Notes under the pieces: generated by a model
Told to the model about the DNA's origin: nothing
The model's database searches: none
Seen by the model: only the letters and a program-made list of their open reading frames with translations
Program-made: the position numbers and the translations under genes
In this document: piece after piece, positions 41,210 to 52,005 of the stretch
Layout: the number at the start of each line of letters is the position of its first letter
Numbering within the stretch: the stretch's first letter is position 1
Assembly (NCBI GenBank): GCA_963713045.1
Contig: CAVQKE010000003.1
Location: 96,001 to 160,000, forward strand
Source: an uncultured delta proteobacterium
Lineage (GTDB): Bacteria > Myxococcota > Myxococcia > Myxococcales > Myxococcaceae
Length of the DNA stretch: 64,000 nt
Reading direction: 5' to 3'

Positions 41210-41250
41210 CGCCGCAGTCGTCCTTCGTTTTTCAAGGAAAGAAAAAGCGC

Positions 41251-43632
41251 ATGGCCACCCAAGCGGGCAACGTCGAGCGGATGTTTGGCAAAAGCCTCAA
41301 GCGGCGGGAGGACCCGCGCTTTCTCACCGGCCGTGGCACCTACACCGACGACGTCAAGCTGCCGGGAATGACGTATGCCGTCTTCGTCCGCAGCCCCCTG
41401 GCGCACGCCCGCATCCGCGCCATTGACGCTGCCAAAGCGCTGGCCTTCCCTGGCGTGCGGGCCGTCGTCACCGGGAAGGAATTGGCCCAAGCCGGGGTGA
41501 ATGCCATTCCCACCGGCTGGCTGCTTCCAGAGTTGAAGACCACCGACCATCGCCCCCTGGCGGTGGACCGCGTCCGTCACGTCGGCGAGGCGGTGGCGGT
41601 GGTGGTGGCCGATACGCCCTATGCCGCCCGGGACGCCGCGGAGCTGGTGGCGGTGGACTACGAGGAACTCCCGGCGGTCGCCGACGGCCTCAAAGCGCTG
41701 GTCCCGGGCGCGCCCCAAGTCCACGAGCACGCAGCTTCCAACCGCAGCTTCCATTGGGAAATTGGCGACAAGGCCAAGACCGACGCCGCACTGCGAGGTG
41801 CCGCCAAGGTGGTGAAGGTGACACTGGTCAACCAGCGCCTGATTGCCAACGCCATCGAGCCGCGGGCCTGCGCGGCCAGCTACAGCCCGGCCACCGACGA
41901 GTTGACGCTGTGGGTGACGTCACAAAACCCCCATGTCCACCGCCTCATCATGGGGGCCTTCGTGTTGGGCATTCCGGAGCAGAAGTTCCGCGTCATCTCC
42001 CCGGACGTGGGCGGCGGCTTCGGCTCCAAAATTTTCATCTACCCCGAGGAGGTGGTGGTCAGTTGGCTGGCACGGCGCCTCGGGGCCCCGGTGAAGTGGA
42101 CGGCTGAGCGTCGCGAAAGCTTCCTCACCGACTCTCATGGCCGCGACCACCACTCGGACGTGGAAATGGGCTTCGACGGCCAGGGCAAGCTCCTTGGGCT
42201 GCGGGTGAAGACGGTGGCCAACCTCGGCGCTTACCTCACCCTCTTCGCCCCGGCGGTACCCACCTACCTGTACGGGACGCTGCTCAACGGGGTGTATGAC
42301 TTTCCCACCATTTTTTGCGAAGTGGACGGCGTCTTCACCCACACCACCCCGGTGGACGCCTACCGCGGAGCCGGACGGCCCGAGGCGTGCTACCTCCTCG
42401 AGCGCACCATGGACATTGCCGCCCGCTCGCTGGCCATCGACCCGGCGGAGCTGCGCCGGCGCAACTTCATCGCCAAGGACCGCTTCCCCTTCCAGACGCA
42501 AGTCGCCCTCGTCTATGACAGCGGCAACTACGCCCCGACGCTGGAGCGCGCGCTGAAGATGGTCGGCTATGAACGTTTTCGGCAGAGCCAGGCCGAGGCC
42601 AGGGCAAAGGGCCGATACCTGGGGCTGGGCATCAGCAGCTACATCGAGGCCTGCGGCATCGCGCCTTCGCAGGTGGTGGGCTCCCTCGGCGCGCAGGCCG
42701 GGCTGTATGAAAGTGGCACGGTGCGCGTGCACCCCACGGGAAAAGTCACCGTCCTGACCGGCTCGCACAGCCACGGTCAGGGACACGAAACGACGTTTTC
42801 CCAGCTGGTGGCCGACGAATTGGGCATCCCCATCGATGATGTGGAAATTGTGCACGGCGACACCGGCCGCATCCCCTTCGGTATGGGGACCTACGGCAGC
42901 CGCTCCGGCGCGGTGGGGGGCACCGCCATCCATATGAGTTTGCAGAAGCTGAAGGCGAAGGGGCGGAAACTCGCCGCCCACCTGCTGGAGGCTGCGCCGG
43001 AAGACGTGGAATTCCAAAATGGGCGCTTCAGCGTGAAGGGTGCGCCGGACCGGGGAAAGGCCTGGGCGGAAGTCACCCTGGCCGCGTACCTCGCCCACAG
43101 CATGCCGGCCGGCATGGAGCCGGGGTTGGAGGAGACCAGCTTCTATGACCCGTCCAACTTCACCTTCCCCTTCGGCACGCACATCGCGATGGTGGAGGTC
43201 GACGTCTCCACCGGGAAGACGGAGCTGCTGCGCTACGTCGCCGTCGACGACGTGGGAAACGTCATCAACCCCAAAATTGTGGACGGCCAGCTTCACGGCG
43301 GCATTGCCCAAGGCGCCGCCCAGGCCCTCTGGGAATGGGCCAGCTACGACGACAACGCTCAGCTTCTCAGCGGCTCCCTGATGGACTACGGCGTCCCGAG
43401 AGCCGACCAGCTGCCGAAATTTGAAACCGACCGCACCGTGACGCCCTCGCCGGTGAACCCCTTGGGGGTGAAGGGCGCGGGCGAGGCCGGCACCATTGCC
43501 AGTACGCCGGCGGTCGCCAACGCGGTGTTGGACGCGCTCGCGCCCTTTGGCATCACCCACCTGGACATCCCCCTGACCCCGGCCAGGGTGTGGCAGGCGG
43601 TGCAGGACGCACGCGCCAAGGGGAGGGGCTAG
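41251..43632 (+). CDS. coxL: Molybdopterin large subunit, form II CODH-like/xanthine dehydrogenase family
   Basis: DVGGGFGSK, AYRGAGRPEA active-site loop, HGQGHET, GTYGSRS, KGAGE. Confidence 0.9.
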   Translation: MATQAGNVERMFGKSLKRREDPRFLTGRGTYTDDVKLPGMTYAVFVRSPLAHARIRAIDAAKALAFPGVRAVVTGKELAQAGVNAIPTGWLLPELKTTDHRPLAVDRVRHVGEAVAVVVADTPYAARDAAELVAVDYEELPAVADGLKALVPGAPQVHEHAASNRSFHWEIGDKAKTDAALRGAAKVVKVTLVNQRLIANAIEPRACAASYSPATDELTLWVTSQNPHVHRLIMGAFVLGIPEQKFRVISPDVGGGFGSKIFIYPEEVVVSWLARRLGAPVKWTAERRESFLTDSHGRDHHSDVEMGFDGQGKLLGLRVKTVANLGAYLTLFAPAVPTYLYGTLLNGVYDFPTIFCEVDGVFTHTTPVDAYRGAGRPEACYLLERTMDIAARSLAIDPAELRRRNFIAKDRFPFQTQVALVYDSGNYAPTLERALKMVGYERFRQSQAEARAKGRYLGLGISSYIEACGIAPSQVVGSLGAQAGLYESGTVRVHPTGKVTVLTGSHSHGQGHETTFSQLVADELGIPIDDVEIVHGDTGRIPFGMGTYGSRSGAVGGTAIHMSLQKLKAKGRKLAAHLLEAAPEDVEFQNGRFSVKGAPDRGKAWAEVTLAAYLAHSMPAGMEPGLEETSFYDPSNFTFPFGTHIAMVEVDVSTGKTELLRYVAVDDVGNVINPKIVDGQLHGGIAQGAAQALWEWASYDDNAQLLSGSLMDYGVPRADQLPKFETDRTVTPSPVNPLGVKGAGEAGTIASTPAVANAVLDALAPFGITHLDIPLTPARVWQAVQDARAKGRG

Positions 43633-43634
43633 CC

Positions 43635-44501
43635 ATGTACCCAGCGCCCTTCGAATACCACCGGGCCTCCAGCGCCGAGGACGCAGTCGCGCTGCTTGGC
43701 CAATACGGCGACGAGGCCAAACTCATCGCCGGCGGCCACTCTCTGCTTCCGCTGATGAAGCTGCGTTTCGCCCAGCCGCGCCACCTCATCGACGTGCGGC
43801 GGATTCCCGGCCTCTCCGGCATTCGCGAGGAGAAGGGCAGTCTGTGGGTGGGGGCAGCCACGCCCCACGCGGTGGTGGCCACCTCGGCGCTGGTGCAGGC
43901 CACGCTGCCGATGCTGGCCGAAGCGGCGGGGCAAATTGGCGACCCCCAGGTACGAAACCTCGGCACCCTGGGCGGCAGTCTCGCGCACGCCGACCCCGCC
44001 GCGGACCTCCCGGCCGTTGCCCTGGCCCTTTCCGCGGAGTTGGTGGCACTCGGGCCTCACGGGGTGCGCACCCTGCAAGCCGACGCCTTCTTCTTGGACC
44101 TGATGACGACGGCGCTGGGGCAAGGGGAACTGCTGACCGAGGTGCGCTTCCCCAAACCGGAGGCGGGCTCAGTCGGCGCGTACGAGAAATACCCCCACCC
44201 GGCCTCTCGCTATGCGGTGGTGGGCGTGGCCGCCCAACTCACCCTGGTGCAAGGCAAGGTGACGAAGGCACGGGTGGCGGTGACTGGACTGGGGACCAAG
44301 GCCCAACGCGCGGCCGCGGTGGAGACGGCGCTGGTGGGCAAGGCTGCGGACGAAGCCACCTTCAGCGCGGCCGCCCAAAGGGCCACCGAGGGGTTGAAGC
44401 TTCGCTCGGACGCGCAGATGCCCGAGGCCTACCGGCGCGCGCTGGCGGTTACCGTCGCCAGGCGGGCGCTTGCCCGGGCAGCGAGCCGTGCCGCCGGCTG
44501 A
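43635..44501 (+). CDS. coxM: FAD-binding medium subunit (CoxM-like)
   Basis: AGGHSLLPLMKLR, IGDPQVRNLGTLGGSLAHADP. Confidence 0.9.
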   Translation: MYPAPFEYHRASSAEDAVALLGQYGDEAKLIAGGHSLLPLMKLRFAQPRHLIDVRRIPGLSGIREEKGSLWVGAATPHAVVATSALVQATLPMLAEAAGQIGDPQVRNLGTLGGSLAHADPAADLPAVALALSAELVALGPHGVRTLQADAFFLDLMTTALGQGELLTEVRFPKPEAGSVGAYEKYPHPASRYAVVGVAAQLTLVQGKVTKARVAVTGLGTKAQRAAAVETALVGKAADEATFSAAAQRATEGLKLRSDAQMPEAYRRALAVTVARRALARAASRAAG

Positions 44502-44508
44502 GGAGTCG

Positions 44509-44937
44509 ATGAAGCCGGAGTCGGCGGACGTCGTCCAGCTGCGCATCTGCGTGGATGTGGACGACGTCGACCGCGCGCTGGACTTCTACTGCCGCGCCCT
44601 CGGCCTTCGCCCCGGCCGCCGCCAGGGCAATGCCTGGGCAGAACTGCTGGGGGCAGCCGCCCCCATCGACGTACTGGCCAACGCCGCGGGGACACAGGCC
44701 TCCCCCACGATGGCCCAGCTGCGCAGCTATGCGCGGCATTGGACGCCGGTCCACCTGGACGTGGTCGTCGCCGAGCTGGACCCGGCGGTGGCCCGGGCGC
44801 TGGCCTGCGGGGCCACCCTGGAGCGGCCGGTGCAGGTGCGGGCTTGGGGGCGCATGGCCAACCTGGCGGACCCCTTTGGACACGGCCTGTGCCTGCTCGA
44901 ATTTCAAGGGACGGGCTACGACACGCTGGTGGACTGA
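44509..44937 (+). CDS. VOC/glyoxalase family protein
   Basis: DVDDVDRALDFY, VHLDVVV, WG...ADPFGHGLCL. Confidence 0.85.
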   Translation: MKPESADVVQLRICVDVDDVDRALDFYCRALGLRPGRRQGNAWAELLGAAAPIDVLANAAGTQASPTMAQLRSYARHWTPVHLDVVVAELDPAVARALACGATLERPVQVRAWGRMANLADPFGHGLCLLEFQGTGYDTLVD

Positions 44938-45031
44938 AAAGCCCGCGTCCCCACTTCCCGCTTCCTCCCCCTTTGGGCCATGGGTGGCTTGTCCTTGGGG
45001 GAGACGGGTTATTCGTGTGAGTCTGTCCTCC

Positions 45032-45916
45032 ATGCGCGAAGACATCCGCCGCATCCAGGAGTTGATGGAAGCCGAGGGCTACGTCACCGACCGCGCGGTG
45101 GCCACGTCGGTGTACCTGGCCACGACGCTGGGCAAGCCGCTTCTCGTCGAAGGGCACCCGGGCGTGGGAAAGACGGACATCGCCAAGGTGCTGGCCAAAG
45201 TCCTCGACGGCGACCTCATCCGGCTGCAGTGCTACGAGGGTCTGGACGCCAACACCGCGCTGTACGAGTGGAATTACCCGAAGCAGCTTTTGCACATCAA
45301 ACTGGACGAGCGCAGCGAGCGTCCGCTGGGCCAGCGGGAGGCGGACATTTTCTCCGAAGCCTTCCTCCTCAAGCGGCCGCTGTTGCAGGCCATCACCCAC
45401 CAGGGGCGCCCCCCGGTCCTCCTGATTGACGAGGTGGACCGCGCCGATGAGGAGTTTGAGGCCTTCTTGCTGGAGGTGCTGTCTGACTTTCAGGTGAGCA
45501 TCCCCGAAGTGGGCACGGTGCGTGCCGAGAAGCGGCCGGCGGTGGTGTTGACATCCAACCGCAGCCGGGACCTCTCCGACGCCTTGCGCCGGCGCTGCCT
45601 CTACCTGTGGATTGACTACCCCTCTCTGGAGAAGGAGTTGCGCATTGTGCGCAGCCGCGTGCCGGGAATCTCCGAGAAGCTGGCCCGGGAACTGACCGCC
45701 TTCATGCAGTCGCTGCGCCGGCTGAAGCTTCAAAAGACGCCCGGGGTGGCCGAGTCACTGGACTGGGCCGCGGCCCTGGTGTCCCTGCACGCCACCGCGC
45801 TGGATGCCTCGCTCGTCCAGGAGACGCTGGGCTGTTTTCTGAAGGACGAGACGGACCTCCGGGCGCTCTCCACCCGGCTGGCCCAAGGGGAACTACCGGC
45901 CCTCTGTTCGCCTTAG
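45032..45916 (+). CDS. coxD: MoxR-family AAA+ ATPase (CoxD-like)
   Basis: GHPGVGKT, RLQCYEGLD, LLIDEVDR, LRRRC. Confidence 0.9.
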   Translation: MREDIRRIQELMEAEGYVTDRAVATSVYLATTLGKPLLVEGHPGVGKTDIAKVLAKVLDGDLIRLQCYEGLDANTALYEWNYPKQLLHIKLDERSERPLGQREADIFSEAFLLKRPLLQAITHQGRPPVLLIDEVDRADEEFEAFLLEVLSDFQVSIPEVGTVRAEKRPAVVLTSNRSRDLSDALRRRCLYLWIDYPSLEKELRIVRSRVPGISEKLARELTAFMQSLRRLKLQKTPGVAESLDWAAALVSLHATALDASLVQETLGCFLKDETDLRALSTRLAQGELPALCSP

Positions 45917-45919
45917 AGG

Positions 45920-47047
45920 ATGACGGCTGCCCTTCCACCTTCGGACCTGGTCCTGCACACCGCGCGCTTCTGCCGGCAGCTGCGCGAGCAGGGCCTGGCG
46001 ACGACGCCCGGCGACACGCTGGAGGCGGCGCGGGTGCTGGGCCTGGTGGACGTGCTGGACCGGGAGGAATTTCGCCTCGCGCTGCGCACTGTCCTGGTCC
46101 ACCGAGTCGAGGACATGGGCCCCTTTGAGGAGGCCTTCGGGGCCTTCTTTGGAGGGACCGACGGGCTGAACGCGGCCTTTTTGCGCCGCAAGGCCCCCGT
46201 CCCCAAGCCCCAACGCGGGTCGCTCTCGCTCGAGCGGTGGATGCGGGGGGAGGGCGAAGAGACGAAGGCCGAGAAGGCGCTGGTGCCCTCCCCCAGTGCG
46301 GCCGAGTCTCTCCGGACGCCGGACTTCGGCACCTTCCAGGATGAGTCCCTGGCGGAGGTGACGCGGGCGGCGCGCCGCATGGCCCGACGCCTCGCGCTGC
46401 GTCCCAGCCGCCGCTGGGAGCCGGCCCGAGCGGGCGAGCGGCCCCACCTGCGGCGCACCTTGCGGCTGAGTGTGAAGACGGGGGGCGAAGTGGCGGAGCT
46501 GGCCTTCCGCCAGCGCAAAGTCCGGCGCACCAAACTGGTGGTGCTGGCCGACGTCTCGGGTTCCATGGACCTTTACGCGCGGCTGTTTCTGCAGTTCCTC
46601 TTCGCGCTGCAGCACAGCTTCGCCCGGGTGGAAACCTTCCTCTTCGCTACCCGGCTGTCCCGCGTCACCCAAGAATTACGCAGTCGCGGCTACAGCGAGG
46701 CCCTGGGAGAGCTGGCGGCCCAGGTGCGGGACTGGAATGGAGGCACGCGCATTGGCGAGTCGCTGCAGGCGTTCCTAGCGGGGTGGCCCCGGCTGCTCGA
46801 CCGCAACACCATCGTCCTGGTGTTGAGCGACGGCTGGGAGACGGGCGACGCGCAAGTGCTGGGCGAGGCCCTGGCCGCCATCCACCACCGCGCGGCGCGG
46901 TTGGTGTGGCTCAACCCGTTGTTGGGAAGCCCGGACTACCAGCCTCTCACCTTGGGTATGCAGGCGGCGCTGCCCCACCTGGACGCATTTCTTCCGGCGC
47001 ACGACTTGGCCAGCCTGGCGCAGCTCGCCGGGCAGCTGGCGCCTTAG
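45920..47047 (+). CDS. coxE: vWA domain protein (CoxE-like)
   Basis: DVSGSM MIDAS, GGTRIG, SDGW, WLNP. Confidence 0.9.
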   Translation: MTAALPPSDLVLHTARFCRQLREQGLATTPGDTLEAARVLGLVDVLDREEFRLALRTVLVHRVEDMGPFEEAFGAFFGGTDGLNAAFLRRKAPVPKPQRGSLSLERWMRGEGEETKAEKALVPSPSAAESLRTPDFGTFQDESLAEVTRAARRMARRLALRPSRRWEPARAGERPHLRRTLRLSVKTGGEVAELAFRQRKVRRTKLVVLADVSGSMDLYARLFLQFLFALQHSFARVETFLFATRLSRVTQELRSRGYSEALGELAAQVRDWNGGTRIGESLQAFLAGWPRLLDRNTIVLVLSDGWETGDAQVLGEALAAIHHRAARLVWLNPLLGSPDYQPLTLGMQAALPHLDAFLPAHDLASLAQLAGQLAP

Positions 47048-48189
47048 ACGCCCCCTGAAGGCTCGCCCCGCGGGTGAATCGGGCCAGCCCGTTGCCGCAA
47101 ACTGCCGCCCTCCCGCGCCGAGACCGTGGCCAGCACCTCGGCAAGGATGGAGAGGGCAATTTCCTCGGACTGTTCGGCGCCGACATCCAGCCCAGTCGGG
47201 CTGTGCAACCGCGCGCGATGGGCTTCGGTGAGGCGAAAGCCCCCTTGAGCCAACTCGCTCAGCATTTGTTCCGTCCGCAGTCTCGGCCCCAGCGCGCCGA
47301 CGTAGGCGCACCCGGACTCCAAGGCAAAGCGAAGGAAGCCCCGGTCGTGCGCGAGGTTGTGCGTCATGATGATGGCGGCGGACTCCTCTTCCAGAGTGAC
47401 GCGACCTGCCACCGTCTCCGGGGTTGCGGTGAGGCGCTGGTCGGCGCCGGCAAAGGCGTCGACCGGCACCCCACTCGGCCGGTTGGCGACCAGCGTCGTG
47501 GAAAAGCCGAGCTCGGCGGCCAGGCGCACCAGTGGCACGGCGTCTTGGCCGTTGCCGAAAATGACGAGCGGCCGCGGCGGCTTGACCACTTCCACCAGCG
47601 CATCCACCGCGGCCTGGCCACTGCCGTAGCGGTGTCCCCGGGTGCGGCCCCGAGAGAGGGCATCGGCGGCGTCGGCCTGCAGGCGCTCGCGCAGCGCGGT
47701 GTCGGCGATGTCGGAGCGGACGCCCGTCTCGTCGAGGACAAGGCGTTGCCCAACCCGTGCGCCGCTGTTGCGTGCCGCGCGAAAGATGGTGGCCAGCACG
47801 CCCGGCCGGCGGGCCTGGAGACGCTGCAAGAGAAACTCGAGCGGGTGGGTGGGAGTCCTCTCTGGCCCGACGCGCTCCTGCAGCACTTCCACCCGACCAT
47901 TGCAGCCCAGGCCGAAGCTCCACGACACTTCGTCGTCGGTGGTGGTGGAGTCGTAACTGACCACCAGCGGCCCTTCGGCAGTTCGCCACCAGGCCTTCTT
48001 GAGGAGTTCCCCTTCGAGGCACCCGCCGCTAATTCCACCGGCGAGCCAGCGGTCCTCGGACATCAACAGCCGGGCGCCCGGGCGCCGGTAGGTGGACCCC
48101 TGCGTCTCCACCACCGTGGCCAGCAGCGCCGGTTGCCCGCGCTTCTGCAGCTCGCGCCAGGCGTCGGCAATGCGGCGTAACTCCTTCAT
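47044..48189 (-). CDS. xdhC: XdhC/CoxI family Moco chaperone
   Basis: GSTYRRPGA, ISGGCLE, GLGCNG, MTHN, YVGALG, PTGLDVGA...EEIALSI. Confidence 0.92.
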   Translation of the reverse strand: MKELRRIADAWRELQKRGQPALLATVVETQGSTYRRPGARLLMSEDRWLAGGISGGCLEGELLKKAWWRTAEGPLVVSYDSTTTDDEVSWSFGLGCNGRVEVLQERVGPERTPTHPLEFLLQRLQARRPGVLATIFRAARNSGARVGQRLVLDETGVRSDIADTALRERLQADAADALSRGRTRGHRYGSGQAAVDALVEVVKPPRPLVIFGNGQDAVPLVRLAAELGFSTTLVANRPSGVPVDAFAGADQRLTATPETVAGRVTLEEESAAIIMTHNLAHDRGFLRFALESGCAYVGALGPRLRTEQMLSELAQGGFRLTEAHRARLHSPTGLDVGAEQSEEIALSILAEVLATVSAREGGSLRQRAGPIHPRGEPSGGV

Positions 48190-48448
48190 AGCAACCCTTG
48201 GGGGACTCCCTTGTGTCCGGGCGGCTTGGCCGCTTCTGTCCTTGTACTATGTAGCGCGCGCTTCTGGCCTCCGCGACAAGAGGTGCTTCTTGGGCTGGGC
48301 CAACCCGCCCCCCGGCCGTGCCCTCCAATCGTTGACGCCTACGGGAGGAGGCCAGTAGAAGCCAGGGCCAGGCCGCGCGGGCGGCTAAAAAGGGCCGTCC
48401 TTAGCTAGCACCAACGCTGTCTGGCTCCCCCTGGGGTTTGCGCCACCG

Positions 48449-48982
48449 ATGAGTGCCTTCGCGCTGGACCGAATCGCCAAAGTGCTGCCGGATGCCCTGG
48501 CCGAGCGCCCGGTGGACAGGACGGGTGGACACTGGGGGGTGGTGCAACCACAGGCGCTGGTGGCGGTGGCGCAGCTGGTGAAGAGCGACCCGGAGCTGGC
48601 CTTCAAGCTGTTCCTCTCCATTGACGCCGTGGACCGGCTGCAGCTGGCGGACAACACGCCGCGCTTCGAGGTGGTGTACTTCGCCTATTCGCTGAAACGG
48701 AATGAACACCTGCGTCTCAAAGTGCGGGTGACGGAGGACCGGGCGGAAGTGCCCAGCTTGGTCAGCGTTTACCAGGGCGCCAACTGGTGGGAGCGCTTCG
48801 TCTGGGACTTCTATGGCATCCGCTTTCTGGGCCACCCGGACTTGACGCGGATTCTGATGTACGAGGAATTCAAAGGCCACCCGTTGCGCAAGGACTACCC
48901 GCTGCGCGGCCGGCAGCCGCTGACTCCGGAGCGTCCCGTCGAGGACATTTTCCGCGGCCCAGGTACCTCTGGCGTCGGCTGA
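48449..48982 (+). CDS. nuoC: NADH-quinone oxidoreductase subunit C
   Basis: RFEVVY, ANWWER..WDFYGIRFLGHPDLTRILM...GHPLRKDYP. Confidence 0.95.
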   Translation: MSAFALDRIAKVLPDALAERPVDRTGGHWGVVQPQALVAVAQLVKSDPELAFKLFLSIDAVDRLQLADNTPRFEVVYFAYSLKRNEHLRLKVRVTEDRAEVPSLVSVYQGANWWERFVWDFYGIRFLGHPDLTRILMYEEFKGHPLRKDYPLRGRQPLTPERPVEDIFRGPGTSGVG

Positions 48983-49034
48983 AGGCCCCCTGTCCCTTCC
49001 TCCTCGTCCCCCCGTTTTGGGAAGACACCCCACC

Positions 49035-50264
49035 ATGGCAGACGGAAACCACCCCGCAGGGCCACCGCCGGAGGAGGGCGAACTGGAAGCGCACCTCCAC
49101 ACCAAGCGGATGCTCATCAACATGGGCCCTTCCCACCCGGCGATGCACGGCACGGTGCGGACCCGCATTGAATTGGAGGGCGAAACCATCGTCCGCGCCA
49201 TTCCGGAGATTGGGTTTCTGCACCGTGGCTTTCAGAAGTCTTGCGAAAACGTCACCTGGAACCAGTGTCTGCCCTACACCGACCGGCTGAATTACGTCAG
49301 CGCGTTGATGAACAACTTCGGCTTCCTCGCCGCGGTGGAGAAGCTGGCCGGCATCACCATCCCCGAGCGCGCCCAGTACATCCGCGTCATCGCCTCGGAG
49401 TTGCACCGCATTCACGACCACCTCACCTGCGTCGGCAGCATTGGCCTGGAGTTGGGCGGCTTCGCCCCTTTCCTCTACGCCATCGAGGGACGGGAACTGG
49501 TCATGGACCGGGTGACGGAGTTGACCGGGGCGCGGCTCACCACCAGCTTCGGCCGGGTGGGTGGCCTCAACCGCGACTTGCCTGAGGGCTGGACCGAGCG
49601 GGTGCTGAAGACGCTGGACAAGTGCCATGAGCTGATTGGCGAAATGGACACGCTGCTCAGCGCCAACCGAATTTTCGTCGACCGGATGCTGGGGGTCGGC
49701 GTCATCACCACCGACGACGCGCTGGACTTCGGCTTCACCGGCCCCTGTCTCCGGGCCTGCGGTGTGCCCTATGACGTGCGCAAGGCGCGACCCTACTGGG
49801 TGTACGACAAGATGGATTTCGACGTGCCGGTGGGCAAAAACGGCGACAACTTCGACCGCTACTTGATGCGGATGGAGGAGCTGAAGCAGTCCGAAGCCAT
49901 TGTCCGCCAGGGACTGAAGGACATTCCTCCAGGACCGGTGATTGTGGACGACTGGCGGATTGCGCTTCCTCCCAAGTCCGAGGTGTACGGGACGATTGAG
50001 GGCGTCATCGCCCACTTCAAGCTGGTGATGGAGGGCGTGCCGGTCCCGGCCGGAGAGGTGTACGACAGCACCGAGGCCGCCAACGGCGAGCTCGGCTGGT
50101 ACCTGGTGAGCGACGGCTCGGGACGACCCTACAAGGTGCACGTCCGCGCGCCGGGCTTCGCCCTCCTCTCCGGGCTGCCGCGGCTGGTACAGGGGCGCCT
50201 GCTTGCGGACCTGATTCCCACCTTTGACACCATCAACATGATTGGCGGCGAGGTGGAACAGTGA
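49035..50264 (+). CDS. nuoD: NADH-quinone oxidoreductase subunit D
   Basis: NMGPSHPAMHG, GFLHRG, DRLNY, GELG, GEVE. Confidence 0.96.
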   Translation: MADGNHPAGPPPEEGELEAHLHTKRMLINMGPSHPAMHGTVRTRIELEGETIVRAIPEIGFLHRGFQKSCENVTWNQCLPYTDRLNYVSALMNNFGFLAAVEKLAGITIPERAQYIRVIASELHRIHDHLTCVGSIGLELGGFAPFLYAIEGRELVMDRVTELTGARLTTSFGRVGGLNRDLPEGWTERVLKTLDKCHELIGEMDTLLSANRIFVDRMLGVGVITTDDALDFGFTGPCLRACGVPYDVRKARPYWVYDKMDFDVPVGKNGDNFDRYLMRMEELKQSEAIVRQGLKDIPPGPVIVDDWRIALPPKSEVYGTIEGVIAHFKLVMEGVPVPAGEVYDSTEAANGELGWYLVSDGSGRPYKVHVRAPGFALLSGLPRLVQGRLLADLIPTFDTINMIGGEVEQ

Positions 50265-51985
50265 GCGACGACCAGCCCAAGCCGGCTGCGCCCCCGCCGC
50301 CTCCGGCGGCGCCGGGACGGCCAGCGCCCAAGCATCCCGGCTTCATCACCCTGAACGTTGACGGCAAAGAAGTGGTCGCCAAGCCGGGCACCAACCTCAT
50401 CACCGCGGCCAAGACGGCTGGGGCCGACATTCCCTATTACTGCTGGCACCACCGCCTCAGCATCGCCGCCAACTGCCGAATGTGTCTGGTGGAGAGCAGC
50501 ACCTCGCCCAAGCTGGTCCCGGCCTGCCAAACCGCGCTCCAGGAGGGGATGACTGTGCGCACCAACACGGCGCGGGTGGCGGAGAGCCAGCGCTCGGTGA
50601 TGGAGTTTCTCCTCCTCAACCACCCAGTGGACTGCGCCATTTGCGACCAGGCCGGCGAGTGCAAACTCGAGGACTACTACCAGCGCGTGGACTTCAAACC
50701 CTCTCGGCTGGAGGGCGGCAAACTCCTCCGGGACAAGCGCAAGGTGCTTGGCCCGCTGGTGGTCCTCGACCAGGAGCGCTGCGTCCAGTGCACGCGCTGC
50801 GTGCGCTTCATGGACGAAGTGGCGAAGGAGCCGCAGCTGGGGATGTTTTCCCGCGGCTCCGAGGAATACATCGACGTCTACCCAGGCCAGCAGCTGACCA
50901 GCAACTACTCCGGCAACGTGGTGGACATCTGTCCGGTGGGGGCGCTGCTCAACCGCGACTTCCGCTTTCGAGCTCGCAGCTGGTTTCTGTCCACCGTCGC
51001 CTCGGTGTGCACCGGCTGCTCGCGCGGCTGCAACATCTACGTCGACTTCCTGGGACAGGACAGCTACCGCTACCGGCCGCGGGAGAATGACGCCATCAAC
51101 CAGAGTTGGATGTGCGATGCCGGGCGACTTTCCTACAAACCGCTCAACCTGGGGCGGGTCCCGCAACCAACGGTGGGTCGCGCCGAGGACCGGCGCGAGG
51201 TGACTGCGGCCGAGGCGCTCCAGCGGGCCACCCTGCAGCTGAAGGCGATGGCCGGAACGGCGGAGTTGGCGGTGCTGGTGTCGCCGCTGTGCAGCAACGA
51301 GGACCTTTTGGCTGGCCTCACCTTCGCCAAGGATGCCCTCGGGGTGCGGCAGCTGTACCTCGGCGGCCGTCCCGACGGGGACAAGGACGCCTTCTTGATG
51401 CGAGCCGACAAAAACCCCAACCGCAAGGGACTGGAGTGGATTGCGTCCGGGTTGGGGCTCGCGCTGTTGCCCTTCTCCGCGCTTTTGAAGGCCATCGAAG
51501 CAGGCGCGGTGAAGGCCCTCTATGTGCTGGGGGCGGAAGTGCCGGCGGGTGACGCCGACATTGCGCGGACGCTGCCCAAGGTGGAATTCATCGCGGTGCA
51601 GGCCACCAACACCTCGCCCCTGACCGAAGCGGCCGACGTGGTGCTGCCGGCCGCCACCCACGTCGAGGACGAAGGCAGCTTCGTCCAGGAGGACGGCCTG
51701 GTGCAGCGCTTCCGCCGCGCCTACCCGCCCCGGGGCGCGACGCAGAGCCACTGGAAGTGGGCGGTGGACATCATGCGGGAATTCGGCTTCCCCCTGACCT
51801 ACGCCTCCGCCCAGGACGTCTTCCGGGAATTGTCGATTAAAGTCCCGCAACTCTCGGGGTTCGCCTGGGAGAAGGAAGCCCCTCCGCTGAAGACGACCCG
51901 CGGCCTGCAGCCACTGCCCACCGCCGCCGATGGCCGGCCGCCCGGCTACCGGGAATTCGGTGTGCCACGGGTCCGCGGCATTTAA
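50261..51985 (+). CDS. nuoG: NADH-quinone oxidoreductase subunit G (short form)
   Basis: N1b (YYC...CRMC...PAC), N5 (HPVDCAICDQAGEC), N4 (CVQCTRC...CPVG), N7-type (CTGCSRGC...C) ligands. Confidence 0.92.
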   Translation: MSDDQPKPAAPPPPPAAPGRPAPKHPGFITLNVDGKEVVAKPGTNLITAAKTAGADIPYYCWHHRLSIAANCRMCLVESSTSPKLVPACQTALQEGMTVRTNTARVAESQRSVMEFLLLNHPVDCAICDQAGECKLEDYYQRVDFKPSRLEGGKLLRDKRKVLGPLVVLDQERCVQCTRCVRFMDEVAKEPQLGMFSRGSEEYIDVYPGQQLTSNYSGNVVDICPVGALLNRDFRFRARSWFLSTVASVCTGCSRGCNIYVDFLGQDSYRYRPRENDAINQSWMCDAGRLSYKPLNLGRVPQPTVGRAEDRREVTAAEALQRATLQLKAMAGTAELAVLVSPLCSNEDLLAGLTFAKDALGVRQLYLGGRPDGDKDAFLMRADKNPNRKGLEWIASGLGLALLPFSALLKAIEAGAVKALYVLGAEVPAGDADIARTLPKVEFIAVQATNTSPLTEAADVVLPAATHVEDEGSFVQEDGLVQRFRRAYPPRGATQSHWKWAVDIMREFGFPLTYASAQDVFRELSIKVPQLSGFAWEKEAPPLKTTRGLQPLPTAADGRPPGYREFGVPRVRGI

Positions 51986-52005
51986 GACGAGGACGCCCCA
52001 GCGCC

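Noticed and set aside
41251..43632. True aerobic (form I) CO dehydrogenase
   Set aside because: The active-site loop is AYRGAGR, not AYXCSFR, and the gene order is S-L-M; CO oxidation cannot be claimed
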